Source: Vitrella brassicaformis CCMP3155
Taxonomy: Eukaryota > Protista > Chromerida
Reading direction: 5' to 3'
Assembly (NCBI GenBank): GCA_001179505.1
Contig: CDMY01000356.1
Coordinates: forward strand, 248,001-312,000
DNA length: 64,000 bases
In this document: positions 1-14,600 of the stretch, piece after piece
How the letters are laid out: each line of letters starts with the position of its first letter
Numbering within the stretch: the first letter of the stretch is position 1
The notes under the pieces: model-generated
Told to the model about the DNA's origin: nothing
What the model saw: the letters and a program-made list of their open reading frames with translations, nothing else
Databases searched by the model: none
Made by a program: the position numbers and the translations under genes

Positions 1-822
1 TGCCCCCCACTGTGTGTCGAGTGAGGGAGTGGGGCGGGAGACCCGCTTCAGCAAATCACCTACCATCCATCCATCTGTCGATCGATCCGCACACGGCCAC
101 GCCCATGGATGCTTTGTGTGTGTGGTCTATCAATCGACGGCATGCACAGAGGGCGAAAAGGGCAGACAGGCAGTGACACCAAGCGACCCAACGCTCGTCT
201 TTGGGAGGTGCTGGCTGTCACTCATCCGGCCTGCCTCCAACCACACACACAAACACCCGCCGTGCACAGCCAGCCATAATATTGGACAACACCGACCATG
301 GCAACCGAAACACGAGCCACCCATCCGTCCATCACACCCATGCTGCCCCTAGTCCGGCTGGCCAGCGTTCATCAACAAGTCAACAAGTCTTGGCGCGAAA
401 GCAAAACCGATGAGTGTTTCACATCGAGGGGCGGCTGTCTGTGTGCCAAACGTGCAGGCGGTCACATGTGCGTGTGTCTTGGTCTGATGCACAGAGGTAG
501 CAGCGAAGTCCTTATTCTTAACAAAGCACACTGCGACCTCTACGCACCCCAACCAAGACACAGGCACGGTGCGCCAGTCGCACGAGAAACGCCTCATCTC
601 ACTCTGTCTGTCTGTCTGTCTGTCTATCTGTCCGTGTCTGGATCGCCCCCGTGCGTCCATCCTCCTCTCGCCCATCCGCACCCCCGGCCTGACGCACAAG
701 CTCGTCAACCACCGGGATACGAGAAAGACGACTGAAAGGAGGCACACCGAAGACAAGGCAAGGCAAAGCAAAATCCAGCCCGCAGCAAACAAACCACAGC
801 AGCGCGTCAGGTCAATCATCAA
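1..822 (-). CDS. Possible partial multi-exon gene for a hydrophobic/membrane protein running off the left edge
   Basis: The minus ORF starts with a hydrophobic stretch (MIDLTRCCGLFAAGWILLCLALSSV). Exon-like blocks near 500-600 and 250-340 are separated by (GACA)n/(GGAT)n microsatellite stretches. No family recognised. Confidence 0.25.
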
Positions 823-1137
823 GTAGGTGTATGTCCACCAGCCAGTCAGTCAAGTCTGTCGGTCGGTCAGATATTTGTTGGCAGGGTCGTGTTTGTCGCA
901 GGAGACGAAAACGCAACCATTCAGTCAGTCGCTTATCAACAAGATAGCAACATCAACAACAACTCAGGTTGCCTAGTGAGTGGGTGCACGGGCCCGTCAC
1001 CCCTTCCTAGCACAGGCATGTCCAGCCGCTGATCGGCGGACACGTCTGTGTCCAGCAATCAATCACTGAATGGATGGATGGCATCAGCGAACGCATGGCA
1101 TGACGACTGCACTTCACTTCATCGGTCGGTCCGTCAT

Positions 1138-2442
1138 TCATGCTTCAAAAATACAGCACAAAACAGTTGTGCCCTCCAGCACCGAGCGGCCCTCCGGCCC
1201 ACACACGTACACAGAGAGTAAGTGACACGCACCACAGAGTAGTGAGTCAGTCAGTGAGTGAGTCAGTTGGACGCCTCGCGAGTCTCGTTGTGTGCGTCGA
1301 GGACCACGGCCAGCAGGTGGAGCACCACAGCTGACGACAGCTTGAACAGGGCCTCGCACGCCAGCTCGCAGGAAACCTTGGACGCCTCCGGCAGACTCAT
1401 CGCCGTCTGGTCACGGCACCAACACACACAGAGAGATCCGTGTGCGAATCGGACCGGACACCATTGCGTGCGTGTCCTGTCTATGTGAGTCGAGTCGTCT
1501 TGCGTGGGAACGTACCTCGATGAAGGCTGTGGCCCTCTGGACGTCCGGCCGGTGCATCAGCCCCTTGATCCATGCCGCCCTCGCAGACCTCGAGCCCTCA
1601 CAGGGACACTCAGATATGGCCGTCAGACACGCAGGCGCACTCGCCCCGGCCCTTCCTCCTCTGCTCTTGCCCCGTGGGCTCGACGAGACAGCCGGCGGCG
1701 AACCAGGTGACGCGGCACTCGACACGACGTCAAGCATCGTCAGGAGGCTGACCACCACTTCCTGACGAGCCACGCTCTCAGCGAAGTCGCCATACTCTCG
1801 CAGTATGACCGTTAGCTGGTGGCGCTGGGGATGGTGCTCCATGCGGCACCTCAGGTTGGTGAGGGCGGCGCTCACGGGGGAGGGGGCACATGAGGCATGC
1901 CGGAGGTGCAGGGAGTGCTCCTCGAATGCGATGCGCTGTCGAACCACACGGTCGGCGAGGACGGGGAGTTTTTGGGCAAGCTTGGCCGCCCTCTCAAGCC
2001 TGAAAGACACATGGCAAGACAGATGTCACCAAGCAGAGAATCTCAGCCAGTCGGTCACTGGTCGGTCGGTCGCCTCTACGTACCAAAAGTCCAAGAAAGC
2101 CGCTCGCCGGCACAGCACCTCCGAAGAAGACGGCAGCGTCCGCGCACCATCGTCATCAGAACGCTCTCCCGCCCTCGTCGAGGCCGTGCGTGTGCTCCGC
2201 ACTGTGGTGCTCGACGTCCAGTTGCTGGTGTCGGTACTGCTGGGCGATAGCGTCGAGGGTAATGACTCGTAAGAGGCGCACTCTGTGGTGGCGCTGCTGA
2301 GCTGGGAGTTGTTGGACCTGGTCATCCGGCAGGGCCTGTCTTTCCTTACGCCAACGAAAGAAGCGATGAGACTCTGTGGCCGGACAAAGCGGCTGAGTGA
2401 GCCAGAGAGCGTCGGAGGTGAGAGGACAGACGAATCCTGCAT
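1138..2442 (-). CDS. Hypothetical protein, multi-exon, with Ser/Thr-rich N-terminus
   Basis: ORF 2026-2442 joins ORF 1411-2010 through a phase-consistent GT-AG intron (LDFW|LERAAKLAQ). Further small exons (TAMSLPEASKVSCELACEALFK; GRSVLEGTTVLCCIFEA*) follow. Head-to-head with the ARM gene. No motif recognised. Confidence 0.5.
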
Positions 2443-2668
2443 CGTACAAGCCGAGACAAGCGTGAATGAGTTGTGCGGGAAATGAGGACTCCGAGCGGTT
2501 TTCCGGAGCTCTTAAGGCCGGCTGTGGGCCCCCAGCGGCGTCTCAAACCGAACCATGATCTGCAGCAGCAGGCTGTTGGCTTGTTTTGCTGGAGGACTGC
2601 CGTGACAATATATGCTTGAGCATCGAATTCCCCGTCGTTTCCCTCTTGGTCTCCAGCCCATCTGAGTG

Positions 2669-5600
2669 ATGGCGGCGTTGGGTGAGTTGATCAAGGTGCT
2701 GCGGAGTGAGCAGAACTTCAAAGAGAAGCGGGGCGCCATCCGTGCCTTCGCAGCGGCATGTGGCGAGCAGGAGAATCAGCTGCGGATCCTCAACACGCCC
2801 CACTGGTTCCAGGCGCTGCTGCCGCAGCTCCTATCACTGGACATTGAGGCAAAGCGCTATGGCGCCCTCGCCGTGGCCAACCTCAGCAGCCACAAGCAGA
2901 CACACGAAGGGCTCCTCAAGCAGGACCTCATGCCGCATCTCGTCTCGCTCCTCATCGACTCAGAGGACCCACACACCACCTCCCACCTGCTGACGGCCCT
3001 CGGAAACCTCACGGCCACGCCAGCCTTCTGGCCGAGGTTTTATGACTTGAAGGTGCTGCAGATCGCCCTGAGCCGTGTGATGAGGCCAACCGGCAACGAC
3101 CCCAGTGTGGCCTCGGCGGCCTTGTTTTTGCTGGCCAACCTGACGTGTGACGGCACGCAGCGGCGGATGATGCTCGACGAGTCCATCCACGAGTACATCT
3201 TCCCCTACATGACGGCACATGCCAGCGCCGCCCAACGGCTGCAGGCCCTCACTGTCATTCGCGGCGTGACGGAAGACGAGAGCGCACAGGAGCTGCTGCC
3301 GCAATATGGGGTCATTCCCCTGCTGCTCCAGGCATTCACACTGGGCACACAGGGCCTGTCGCACATAGACACACCATCAGCACAGCAGGGGAAAGAGCCC
3401 ACAGAGGCCTCTGGGGGTGGTGGGGGCATGGATGACGGCCAGTTCATGCGGACGCTGATCGAGCTGGTGCTGGGCATCCTGCACAACCTGTCTCTGCACG
3501 CGGCCAACTCGCGGCTTCTGCTGGCGGACGCGCAGAGTATTGAGCTGCTAGAGGCGGCCGGCCTGTCTGAGGAAGAGGAGTTCACCACGTATGCCTGCAG
3601 CACCATAGCCAACATGTGCGAGGACACCGACCTACACACACCCATCAGCAACAGCCGCCTGCTGCACGTCCTGCGCGAACACTTCTTCACCGATGACCTC
3701 CCCATCCGAGCACACGTGACGAGGGCGGTGCGCAACCTGTGCATGACGCCCCGGCTACACCCCATGATCCTGCAGCTGCAGCCGGTTGCGTCGCTTCTGA
3801 TGATGGCCGACCTGGGTGACTTGGACGAGAGCGTCCGAGTGAATGCCCTCATGATTGTGGCCGCACTGGCCGCCACACACCCGACCTGTCTGGGCAGATC
3901 GGAACTCGATGATCTGGTAATTAATTATTCAACTTGGCATGTACTGGACGGACGTACACATCCGAGTGGCCGGCCAGTCAGACAGCTGAGCTAGTGTGTG
4001 CATGTGGGACACACAACAGATCTGCTATGTCCTTCTGTGTCGGTTTGTGTGGGTGCGCAGGTGCGTCTGGCCTGTGACGGCTACTGCGAGCCGGGCCAGC
4101 CGGATGACGTCCCCACTGATGTGCGGCGGTATGCCATGATGGCCTTGGCAAATGTCTCGTCCGACACAAGCGAGACGACAGACCAGCAGCAGCGGCAGGG
4201 GGATTACTATTTCCAGGACCGGCCCCTGCTGGCCAAGCTGCTGTCCAAGATGGACGACACCGAGGGAGTGGACGGCCTGTATGTCGACTACCTCGCTCAG
4301 CTGCTCCACAACTGCTGTTTGGTCGAGTCGGCGCGCACCACGCTGCACCAACTCAGCATCGAACAACGATTGCTCAACCCAAATCTCATGGACAGGTCAG
4401 CAGTGAGAGCATCCATCCATCCATCCATCCATGTGTGTGCATTCCCCCTCCTTTCTGTGTCTCTTGCTTGTCCTTGGGATGTCAGGATGTCATCTCAGGC
4501 GGCATCCTACACGTCAGACATTTGTCGGCGGCTGTCTGGTGTTGCCGAGAGCCGTGCTCGCATCTGCGACATGCGTCTGTTTTCGACGATCCACACGTCG
4601 TGGCGGGACTACCTGGGCCTTCGTGAGGTGGCCACTCGGCTGGCCCTGCTGTGCTCGACCCTGACCTATTACGACGACACCATCCATGAGTTCGTGCTGC
4701 AGAATGGCGTCTACCTGGTGGCCTTGCTCTACGACAAGGTCCCCACTGACGAGTACATCCGCGTCTGCTGCCTCCTGACCTTCCTATACATTTCCAAGGA
4801 CCCAGCAGCCCAGCGAGCCATCGCCGCAGAAGACGGCCTGCCGGTGTTGTTGGATGCGTGTCGCCAGCCGACCTCCGCACACACAGCCAACCAACAGCTC
4901 ATCTCCAACGCACTCAAGACGCTCCTGCCCTTCGCGCAAGCCGAGCAGTACCGGGGGCAGCTCGCATTGCTCGGGAGCATTGACGTGTGCTCCTTTTTCC
5001 TCTACTCGCCTGAGCTGGAGCTAAGGCAGCTGGGGCTGTACCTGCTGCAGAACCTGCTCGAAGACCCCACCGGCCGGCGCATCTTTCTGCAGATCCATCC
5101 GGAGGTCAGACCTGAAGACGACTACATTCCTGCGCTCGTCAACCTCCTACCTGGCTATAGTGGCAGCGGCAGTGGCACGGCCGTAGCTGGTGCTGGTGGA
5201 GAGGGCGGAGACGACTCGTTTGTGGGCCGTTGTGTGATCCACTGCCTGGCCTCGCTCACCTTGGAGCACCACTTCCCCACCAATCACAAGCTGGTGGACC
5301 TCCACGTGCCGCACCATCTCTTCAGCCTATTCTTCACGCAGCAGATCGACAAGGACGGCGGCGAGGCCGTCGTTAGGTTCTTTGCCGAAATCTGCCACAT
5401 GCGGGCCGTGCAAGTCTCGCTGCTACGATCGATGGACGTCATCTCCATCCTGCTGCAGGCTTACCTGTGTAGCTTCCCGCCGCGCATCTGTGCCAGGGCC
5501 GCCTCGGCTTTGCTGGCACTCAGCCGGTCCAAGTCACTGCGGTCCTTCTTTGTGCCGCACATGAATTCGATATCAGAGTGGGCCCACTTGGCTCTGTCGG

Positions 5601-8600
5601 GTGGTGGTGGCGGTGGCGAGGGGCAATCGGACAACAATGAGGAGACAATATCGGTATCTTTCAGCTCATTGTTCTGTGAGCTAAGTCTGTCTGGTGACAA
5701 GGACTGCATCGATGCCCTGCGGGACGTCAGTATCATGGACACGCTCATGCTCTACCTTTCCGCCGCCCTCCAACACACGAAGCAGTCGGGCGTGCACGGG
5801 AGCTCGTCTCTCACATCTTCTCGTGGGATGGGAGGCACGTACGTTGGAAGAGGTGCCTCGCATCCACCGCTTGTCGAGCTGCTGTTGCCGTCTGTCACCG
5901 CCATATGTGCCCTGTGCATCTCTCCGCTGGTCCGTGAGACCGAAAGATCTATGCGGTTCCCTCCGTGTTTCTTTCGCCACATGTGTCTTGCTACTTGATT
6001 CTGTTCTGAGTCTGTAGGGTGATGAGTTCCTCAAGGCGCTGCTCTTCCCGCCAACCCGCCTCCAGCTTTTTCTCTCGATCCTCAACCTCCGGGACAATGA
6101 CGTTGACTCGTCCTTCTGTCGCGGCTCGGCCCGCATCGCAATCCTGCACCGCACGGCCAATCCCGAGCTCACAGTGGATGACCTCAACCTCGCTGAGATC
6201 GCAACCGTCAGCTCCAACCAGGGCCTGAGAGACAGCACATCGACGACCGACGATGCGGCTTCCATGATCTATGACCGCCTGGGCCTCGTCCCCTCCTCCA
6301 TCTTATGTCGACAGGTCTTTCAGACGCTGTGTGTTGGACTCAGCAGCGAAGCCGTCAGGATGCCGCTGTTATCGCAGCTCAAGGTGGTGTCTCTTCTGCC
6401 CTTCTGTGCGACAGCATGCTCGTCCCCCGACTCGCAGCTCACTCTGTTTGCCTTTGCCTTTATCGCACTCCTGTCGATGGATGGCGCCAGCCGTGCAGCC
6501 CTAACGTCGACGGCCGGCCTCATGAATGATTTGCTCAGCTACTGCCGTCGTTTCGACACCCACTTCCACCCCCAGCAGCTCTTCAGGCGATACGCTGCTG
6601 TCGCCGAGGAGCACAAAGGCCGCTCGAGGAAGTACAAGGGCGGCGCAGCCGACGATATGCCGACGTCCCTTGCAGCCACCAGCACGACCTCCTTGTACTC
6701 GCCTGAGATGCTGGGCTTCCACAAGTACGTCATCGGTCTCTACACCGCGGGCAACCTTGCGGAGGACCTGCTTTTCCGTTACCCAGTGGACGGCAGCAGG
6801 ATCCGACCCGTCGCGAGGAAGGGGCTGGGCGTCCGCAGTGAGAAGGGCGGCAAGGACGAAGATTTTGATGAGCCTTTGCATTGGCGGCTCTACAAAGAAA
6901 AGCTCAAGGCTAAGGAACGAGGCGCCGTGAAATTAGCCATTGAGATTGAGGAAGACCAGGAGGACCACGATTTGGATGAAGACAGTGCACAGCTGGGACA
7001 GTCAGACGACTCGCTCCTGAAAGAGCAACTGGTACGTACAGTCGGTACGCAGACAGTGAAGGCGTGAGTGACTGGTAGATAGAAAGACTGAGATCGCTTG
7101 TCTGTCGTCTGTCTCTTTGTTTGCCTCCATTTCAGAGGCAGACGGGCGGGTCAGACCCCGCAATGGGTTCGGACGAGCATGACTTCGGCGTCACGCGATC
7201 TGTGGTGAGCGGCGGCGATGTCTCACAACTGACCGAAACGACACTGCTCCGCGCCACCCTTAAAGCTGGCCTTGACAAGACTGGCGGGTCCACATCGTCG
7301 CAATACAAGGACCCGACGAGCCCTGGTACACACAGCCAAACGGAGCGCAGCATACGCCGCCTCGATGTATCCTCTGTTCGTGTCCGTCAGGTCTGACGAA
7401 GAGCAGCACCAACTACATCGCTCAACTTCTCCTCCAGTCACTCACGCGGCTCGACTTTGGTCTTCTCTTGACAACGGTAGAAAAGAAAAGGCATGAGATC
7501 GCCAATGCAGCCAAGACGGGCACCCCGAAGGGACTGAGGAAAGGGCTGTTCTACCTGAGGGAGGAAGAGGAGGACGTCCCTGACATCGGACACCTCCTGA
7601 ATGCCATGCATGAGTTCGTGGCGACCATCCATCTGGTCATTGTGCACAACTCCTTGATCAACCCATCGTCGCCAGAAGCGATGATCGCAGGTATGCTCTA
7701 TCGAGATGTGACGTCATGTATGTATGGGAGACATGCACTTTTCTCTTTGTCGCTGCTGCGATGGTCAGGTGCCGCAGCCGCACCGGCGAGTCTGTCCGGC
7801 GGTTTTTCCTCCTTGGACAAGTCCAAAGATCTGTCCGTCTCTTCCGGGCCGAAATCCGTGAAATCTCTGCACGACCTGCACATTCCTGAGCCCTTGAGGG
7901 CACTGGACGTCAAAAAGCTGCGCAAGAAAGTCGAGGAGATGATATCGGTGAGAGGGAATGAATGCGAATCCAGCAAACCAGCCTTGTAGCCAGCATGGCA
8001 TATGACGTGCCATGCCGTGCACCGCCCCCGCAGGTTGTGTGTCGGTGCCTGGAGTATGGCATTGGTCTGGACATCACCCGGTGCATCATCGAAGCTCTCA
8101 ACCGCCTCACGTTCTTCCTGCCCTCAGTCGTCCGGCCGGGGCTGCATGGATCCGTCCTGGCTCTTCTGCGGACGAGACATGCCTTTCTGAATCCCGCATC
8201 CATCTGCTCGCTCTTGGCCAACGCATGTGCAGACACTGACGATCGACTGGAGAAGCTCGCCGAGGTGAGGCAACCGGGCTGCACTGCACTGCCAGGTCGT
8301 GTGTCAAGATGTATGTGCATACATGTCTGACGCAAGCAAAGGTGTGCGATTGATGCATGAATGTGTGCTGACTGACAGGCGGACACAGACTTTCTGCGTT
8401 CGTTCATCTTGTGCGACAACAGCAGTGCACGAAGGTACCTGCTTGGTGCGGTTGCCAACTGGAGCACAAGAGACAACCTTCGCCATGCAGTCATTAGAGC
8501 GGGGGGCCTGGACGCATGCCGCCCGGCAGGTGGGCGCAATGCAATCACACGAGAAGGGTCATTTATGCATTCCTCAACGTGTTTCGCATTTACTCTTCCT

Positions 8601-11600
8601 GCAGAGTCACGGGATGCTTTGATATCGAATTTTGCCGAGGCTTTGGAGAAAGTGCGCATATTGGCCAACCTTGGGAGGACCAAGAGCATCGAGGTCTATC
8701 AGGACATGACCAAGGAAGCGGTCGTGGCCTTTCTCGGAGAGGTCTTCCAGGTGTCGTACGCAGCTCTGCTCCACAAGCACGAGGCGGGTGTGCGGCTGCG
8801 ACTGGCAGAGCAATCGCGACAGTATGCCGACGACTCTCGCCCGCCGACAGAACGGGATGGAGGAGATGCCAGCCCAAAGAGCCCCAAGAATGTGGACGAG
8901 GCAGCAGACGTCGAGACTGAACATGACTTCAGGTCCGTCGCACCCCAGTCTTCGCCTCCCCGGTATGCAGAAGCCCTCCATCTGTCGCTCGCGTGCCTTC
9001 ACAATCTGCTGAGGGTGCGTGAGGTTCACGAAGCCATACTGAAGCATCCCAGTGTGGTCGACACCCTTTTGGCACTGGCTGAGGGCCCTCTGCCGCTCAC
9101 TCCCTCGACGCTGCGTCTCGTCTTTGCTTCTCTCGTCGCCCTGTGCTACCACCAAAACCTGGCCGGCAGGGTCTTTGCGGCCATGTCGACGTCATATGGG
9201 GCGACCACTCGGGTTGATTTCGAGCTGGAAAGGCTGCTGATTCTCGCGGCCAACATGCATTATCTGGGCACCGACGTCGATCACATCAAGGCGGATAAGA
9301 GCCTATTCATGACACTGAGCAAGTACGAAGCAGCGAGCAGCCTGTCGAGGTCTCCCTCTTTACCTGTGTGTCTTGTGCGCGTCAGTTTGTCAGTCGGCCA
9401 GCAAAACCTGACGGTGAAGCGGACGATTGCCCAGATCCTTCATCGCATCTCGATGGCGCCGGTCAGTGTACGGAAGGAGTTCTTGACGCGGGACTCGCTG
9501 CTCGTCTTGCGCAGCCTCTTCGCCGCCAAAGGACTCTTTGAGGTCCAGGTACTCACTCCAATACATGCACTCTCGCCGTCACGAGCCTGACGGACATTGG
9601 CCTTCCATTGAATCTGCCAGATCCGTGCTTTCGAGGCGGCGTATTTTCTGACAGTAGGTGCTCTTGACGTTCAACTGTGGAGCGACATGGATGTGCTGCC
9701 TCACATGTTCTTCGGCGCCTTGCACTTTAGCAAAGAAGCGGCAACCACCTCCACAGCTCACGATGCTGTGTAAGCCCACCGCCTCAAGCCAGCCTGTCGC
9801 GTCCGTCACAAGAAGTCATTTTGTGCAGGGTCGATGACGACAGGCGTCCAGGTGAGGGCGACAGCGACGAAGATGATAATGATTCGGAGGAGATGTCTGC
9901 CGAGGACATGGAGGAGGTGAAGAATTTGCAGAAGGAGGCCCTGTGGGAGGTCTTCTTCCGCACCGCTGCCTTCGTCGCCAAGGAGGAGCCGCTCGTCATC
10001 CAGCTGTCCAAACTCAGCAGCCTCGATCACATCTTGCTTGGACTCTTCGACGGAGGCGAATTTGTGGACCTTTTCAATGCCGGGACGCACTGCATGTGCA
10101 GCTTTCTCAACAGCTCGGCGGCTCACATCTTCTGGGCCAGGTGGTGTTCCAGCGGTCTCCTACAAAAGCTCAAACAGGAGGTGCAGAGGAGGCTCGAGGA
10201 TGAAGAGGAGCAAGGATCACCTGAGCAGCCCGACGACACAGAAGACGAGGAAGGATATGATCGCAGAGGGTCGGTTATTTCACACCCAGCGTCCCTGGCT
10301 CCGTCCGTGGTGTCATCGTTGGCCAACAAGAGTCCGGCACCGAGAGGCCCCCAACCGAAGCCCGCCTTCCACCCCATCCATGGGCACCGTGCCTCGGTTG
10401 AAAAGCGGACCCACTTCGCCCTCCCAGATGAGAACAAGAACGAGGAAGAGTCGGCTGAGAGAGCCAGGGCCGGAATGCGCAAAAGACGGGTGGGTGGGAG
10501 CGGCGGTCAGTTGCCACCGTATCGGCACTTGCACGTGCGGTGTTGCGTGTCTTGTCAGATGTCTCGCTACGACACGCGGCTGACAATGATCTCTGAATCT
10601 GAAGACGGCGAAGATCAGGAGGAGAAGCTCGACAAGAGCAGCGCAACCATCAGCAGGGCCGGCACCTTCAAATCAATGAAGTCGATGGGCAGGAGCACCA
10701 CCAAGTCGTTGGGGCTTACATTGTCCAGCATTCGGCGGGAGGCGACAAAGGGCGACCTTCCCGGAAAGAGAAAGTCGTCGCTAAGCATCACCTCAGTCAT
10801 GTCGTACGTGTCACTGAGTCCCACGAAGAGAATGAAGAGGGGCGCCATGCAACGATCAACTACCACGCCGCTCGGATTGAGCCTCGTGGCTCCGCCCACT
10901 CCGCACGAGGACTCTTTCCTGCGTCTCCTGCTTTTCGCCAGCGAGGACCCTGCCAGCGTCACATTTGTCTTGGAGGACGTCTTCATCGACTACCTCAAGT
11001 CGCAACTGATGCAGTAAGTAAGCGACAAACAAATGCGTTGATGCATGGCGGAAATGCTTGCTTCAGGCTGTCGAGGTTCTACGACACCAATCGCAGAAGG
11101 GAACGTCGCCCAGTGGCCCTCAGCATTGCCTACCGGCGCGAGGACTCATCAACGTCCGAAGACTCGCAAGACGAAGATTTTGCAAAAGCAGCTGTCTCAT
11201 TCAAGCTCATCGCAAGGTCCCGTCCTCTCTCATGAAAGACATACACACACTCAGTACACGTTTGTTTCTGCCGTATTGTGTATTGTGCAGGGTCATCATG
11301 AACTTGTCGACCGATCCGCGCAACATCCCTTTGATGGGCATGATGGGCGTCATCGATGCGATTGGGTCGGTCGTGGCAGCCCCCGGTGGAGCGTCCGTGC
11401 GCGTACACGCTTTGGCACTTCTCGTCATCCTCTCGGCGAGCACTGAGCTTGCACCGAGACTCATCAACTGCCAGCCCCTCGTGCGCCAGCTGTCTCTCTT
11501 TCGAGTAAGAAAACAAGATGAAGCTTGGATCGCACGAGACGCCTGTCCCGTACTTTTCTGTTCGGTGTGGTGTGGTGTGCAGGGCACTCAGGCGAGTGAC

Positions 11601-14600
11601 TTCAACCTTCCCCCTCGTGATGCCAAGCGCCTGAAGCTTTGTCTTGCAGCGCTCCACGATCGCCTTGCCAAGTCACCGCAGAGCAGACCCCCGGTCATCG
11701 ACTGGTTTGGCGTGGCGGTCATCAGACTGGCGCTGCAGGCGGACTTGCCGGACTGCACCCTGGTCTGTTTGAGGAACGTCTGCCAGATTTCGAATGACTC
11801 TGAAGCAATCCTCGAGGTATGCGATCTGTGAAGGCCTTTCTGAAAGCCTCAACTTGCTTGTGTTCTTTCTCAGAAAGGGTTCGAGGCGCCAGCCTTCTGG
11901 CCCTTCCTGTTGGCTCTGTGCAAGCTGATGCGGACACGTGTCGACGATCCAGCGACGCCCCTGGCCTTGGTGGATGCACTGCGACTTGCTAATGCGCTTG
12001 AGGAAATGGTCTCTCAGCTGACAGCGCATAAGCTCTTGCTCAACCACATCGCGATGCGGATCCTTACAAAGGTAAAGTGGGACAAGAGCTGCGCTTAAGG
12101 GTGTTCCTTCCACATGCGCTCTTCCCGCCTTGACAGGGAGTGAGCAAGATCAGCATCATCCGGACGAACCTGCAGCCTTGGATCAATTTGCAGTCCCTCA
12201 TCGACCGGATCGAGGGAGTGCTGCCGGGCGAGACATCTGATCCTTCGCGTCACTCCCTTGTCATCTACCATGAGAGCGCTATCGGTGCTGTCATGGGATA
12301 TCACCTGACCCACAGAGCCGTCAGCGAGGTCGCCATGGGTCTTCAGCTCTTCGTCTCCTTTCTCTTCCAATCTCACATTACAGCGACAATCGCACGCGGC
12401 ACTGCTGAGGACTTGCCCAAGTCTGCATTGCACGACGAGGTATGCGCGCCGACACTGCTAACAAGCTAGCCTTCGTAAGTGTCGGTGTTGATTGCCCTGC
12501 CGACAGGTCAACATATCCCACACTGGCCGGCTTGTTGAACTGTTGGCACGGCACCTCTTCCCTTCCTTATTCGTCGAGAGGGCGTCAGGTGAAGCAGACG
12601 GGCAACAACGAGCCGACGCCCCATCGCCAAGACTGAGCCCCTTCGACATCCTCGAGAAGGGCAGCGGAGAAAGCTCTCCTGCGTCTCCAGGGTCGTCGAC
12701 CTCTCCAATGATGGCAGCCACACGGCTGGACTTGGCCGTCAAGGCGTCGTGTAACCATGCGATGGTCAGCCACCTGTTAGTGGCAGTGACCCGGTTCATC
12801 CGATCCATGACCGCCTTTCCCGCCAAAACTTCGCCTTTCAACAAGCTCGTGGCCTCATGGAGATTTCGCTGCCTCGTCAAGGGCTGCTTGCTGGCCGCAC
12901 TCCAGCTGCTCTTTGAAGTAAGCAAAGGTTCGCTTTTCTGTGTGCCTCACATTGCAGGGGTGTCGTCTTGGTGGTGCAGAGCTATGACGCAAGGAAGAGC
13001 AAGGGATTCCGCGCAAAGGAGGCCGCCCTGTTGCGGTCCATCCTGGACGGCGCCCCGGCAGCTGAAGCGCCAACCGAGAAGGACAGACGGAAATCTTCCT
13101 TGCGACGCATCGCTGACGTCGGCCTCGGCCTGCACATTATCTTTGAGAACCTACTGGCGTCGATGACGTACTTTATCCTCAGCAATGACAAGTACTACTA
13201 CATGAAAGCAACGCCAGTCGAGCGGACCGAGCCGTCAGGGCTGCTTTCTCCTGACACGTCGCCAGTCCAACGAGATCAGCGCAGAGCAACTGCTCGCCTG
13301 AGCAACTTCGTGCACAGGATGGGAATGCCGCTTCTCGCCTTGTGGGTCGGAATGAAGACGGAAGGCGAGGATGATGAGCTTCTGTCCTGGGTGGAGGGCG
13401 TGGAAGCGCACCAGTGGCTTCCCAAGATCGTCGAGCTCCTTATGCATGACAGCGAAGGCCGGTTTGACAGAAGCAACATCCCGAACGCGAGTGGTCTTCT
13501 CGGCGAGGCAGTGCGCTTCCTGAGCGCGACATCGGCTGTCTATCTGCACCTCCCTCCCGACAAGGTGCCGCAGCAGTGCGTGGTCAGGTGCGCACCCATG
13601 GCTAAGAGACCAACCAAATCACATCTTGCTGTGTGTGTCTCGCAGGCAACTATCTTTGCGAGAGGTGTCGGGACGGATGTTTATCGCCACCATCCTCTCA
13701 GAGATGTCGCTGTCCGCCGAGCCATACGCTGTTGAGACGGTAGGTGCCAAAAACTGTTGCAAATAGAGATCGACACCGATGGCGTCCACCTGTTTGTACA
13801 GGTGCGGACGGCCTCGGAGCTTGTGGGGGCGCTTGTGCACTATCAGGAAGCTGCTCTGCAGCACGATCAAGACAGCTGCCGCCTGTTGACGACACTGCAG
13901 AAGAGCCTGTATGGCGGCGTCGCGTCGAGTGCGAAACTGGTAGAGGAACAGGGCATCAGCCATCGGCAGGCAGGCAGCATCGTGCTGTCCTCGATGCGAA
14001 GCCTGGCTCAGCTTGCACGGCTGTATCACTTCTTCCCGAACTTCTCAAGGTCAGAGAGCATATGTATCGGTGTTCATGCTTGTCACACATGATTGACTCC
14101 CTTGCTTGACCAGGCGCGTGCTCCAGCGAGGAATCTCAGCTGTCACCAGCACCATCCTCTCCAACAAGGTCAGCTCTGACGCAATAAAGAGCGATTGTCC
14201 TGCTTGGTGGAAAGCCACATATTCGGAAGGACCTTGATGTCCCCTCAACTAGGCACTCGGCGAGTGCCCATACGAGAGCCTCGAGGTGGTCAGCGCGTCA
14301 CAACAGCTTTTCACCAATCTCGCGCAGACGGCTCTCAGCCGGATCAGGGAGGAGGCCGGCAGGAATGCAAAGGCAGTGCCATGGCAGCTGCTGGGCGACG
14401 AGACCGTTCAGCTCTCAGACCTCCTCAACTGTGGCAGCATGACTGTCGGCCGCGCCTTTGCCGTCTCGGACCTGCACGCCGAGTACGTCGTCAAGAAATG
14501 GGGCATTGGCAGTGCATTTCTTCAACTCGTCGAGAGCGTCATCTCGGCTGTTGACGTTTCGGCTGAGAGCACTGAAGACGAGAGCGCCCTCAAGTCTTTC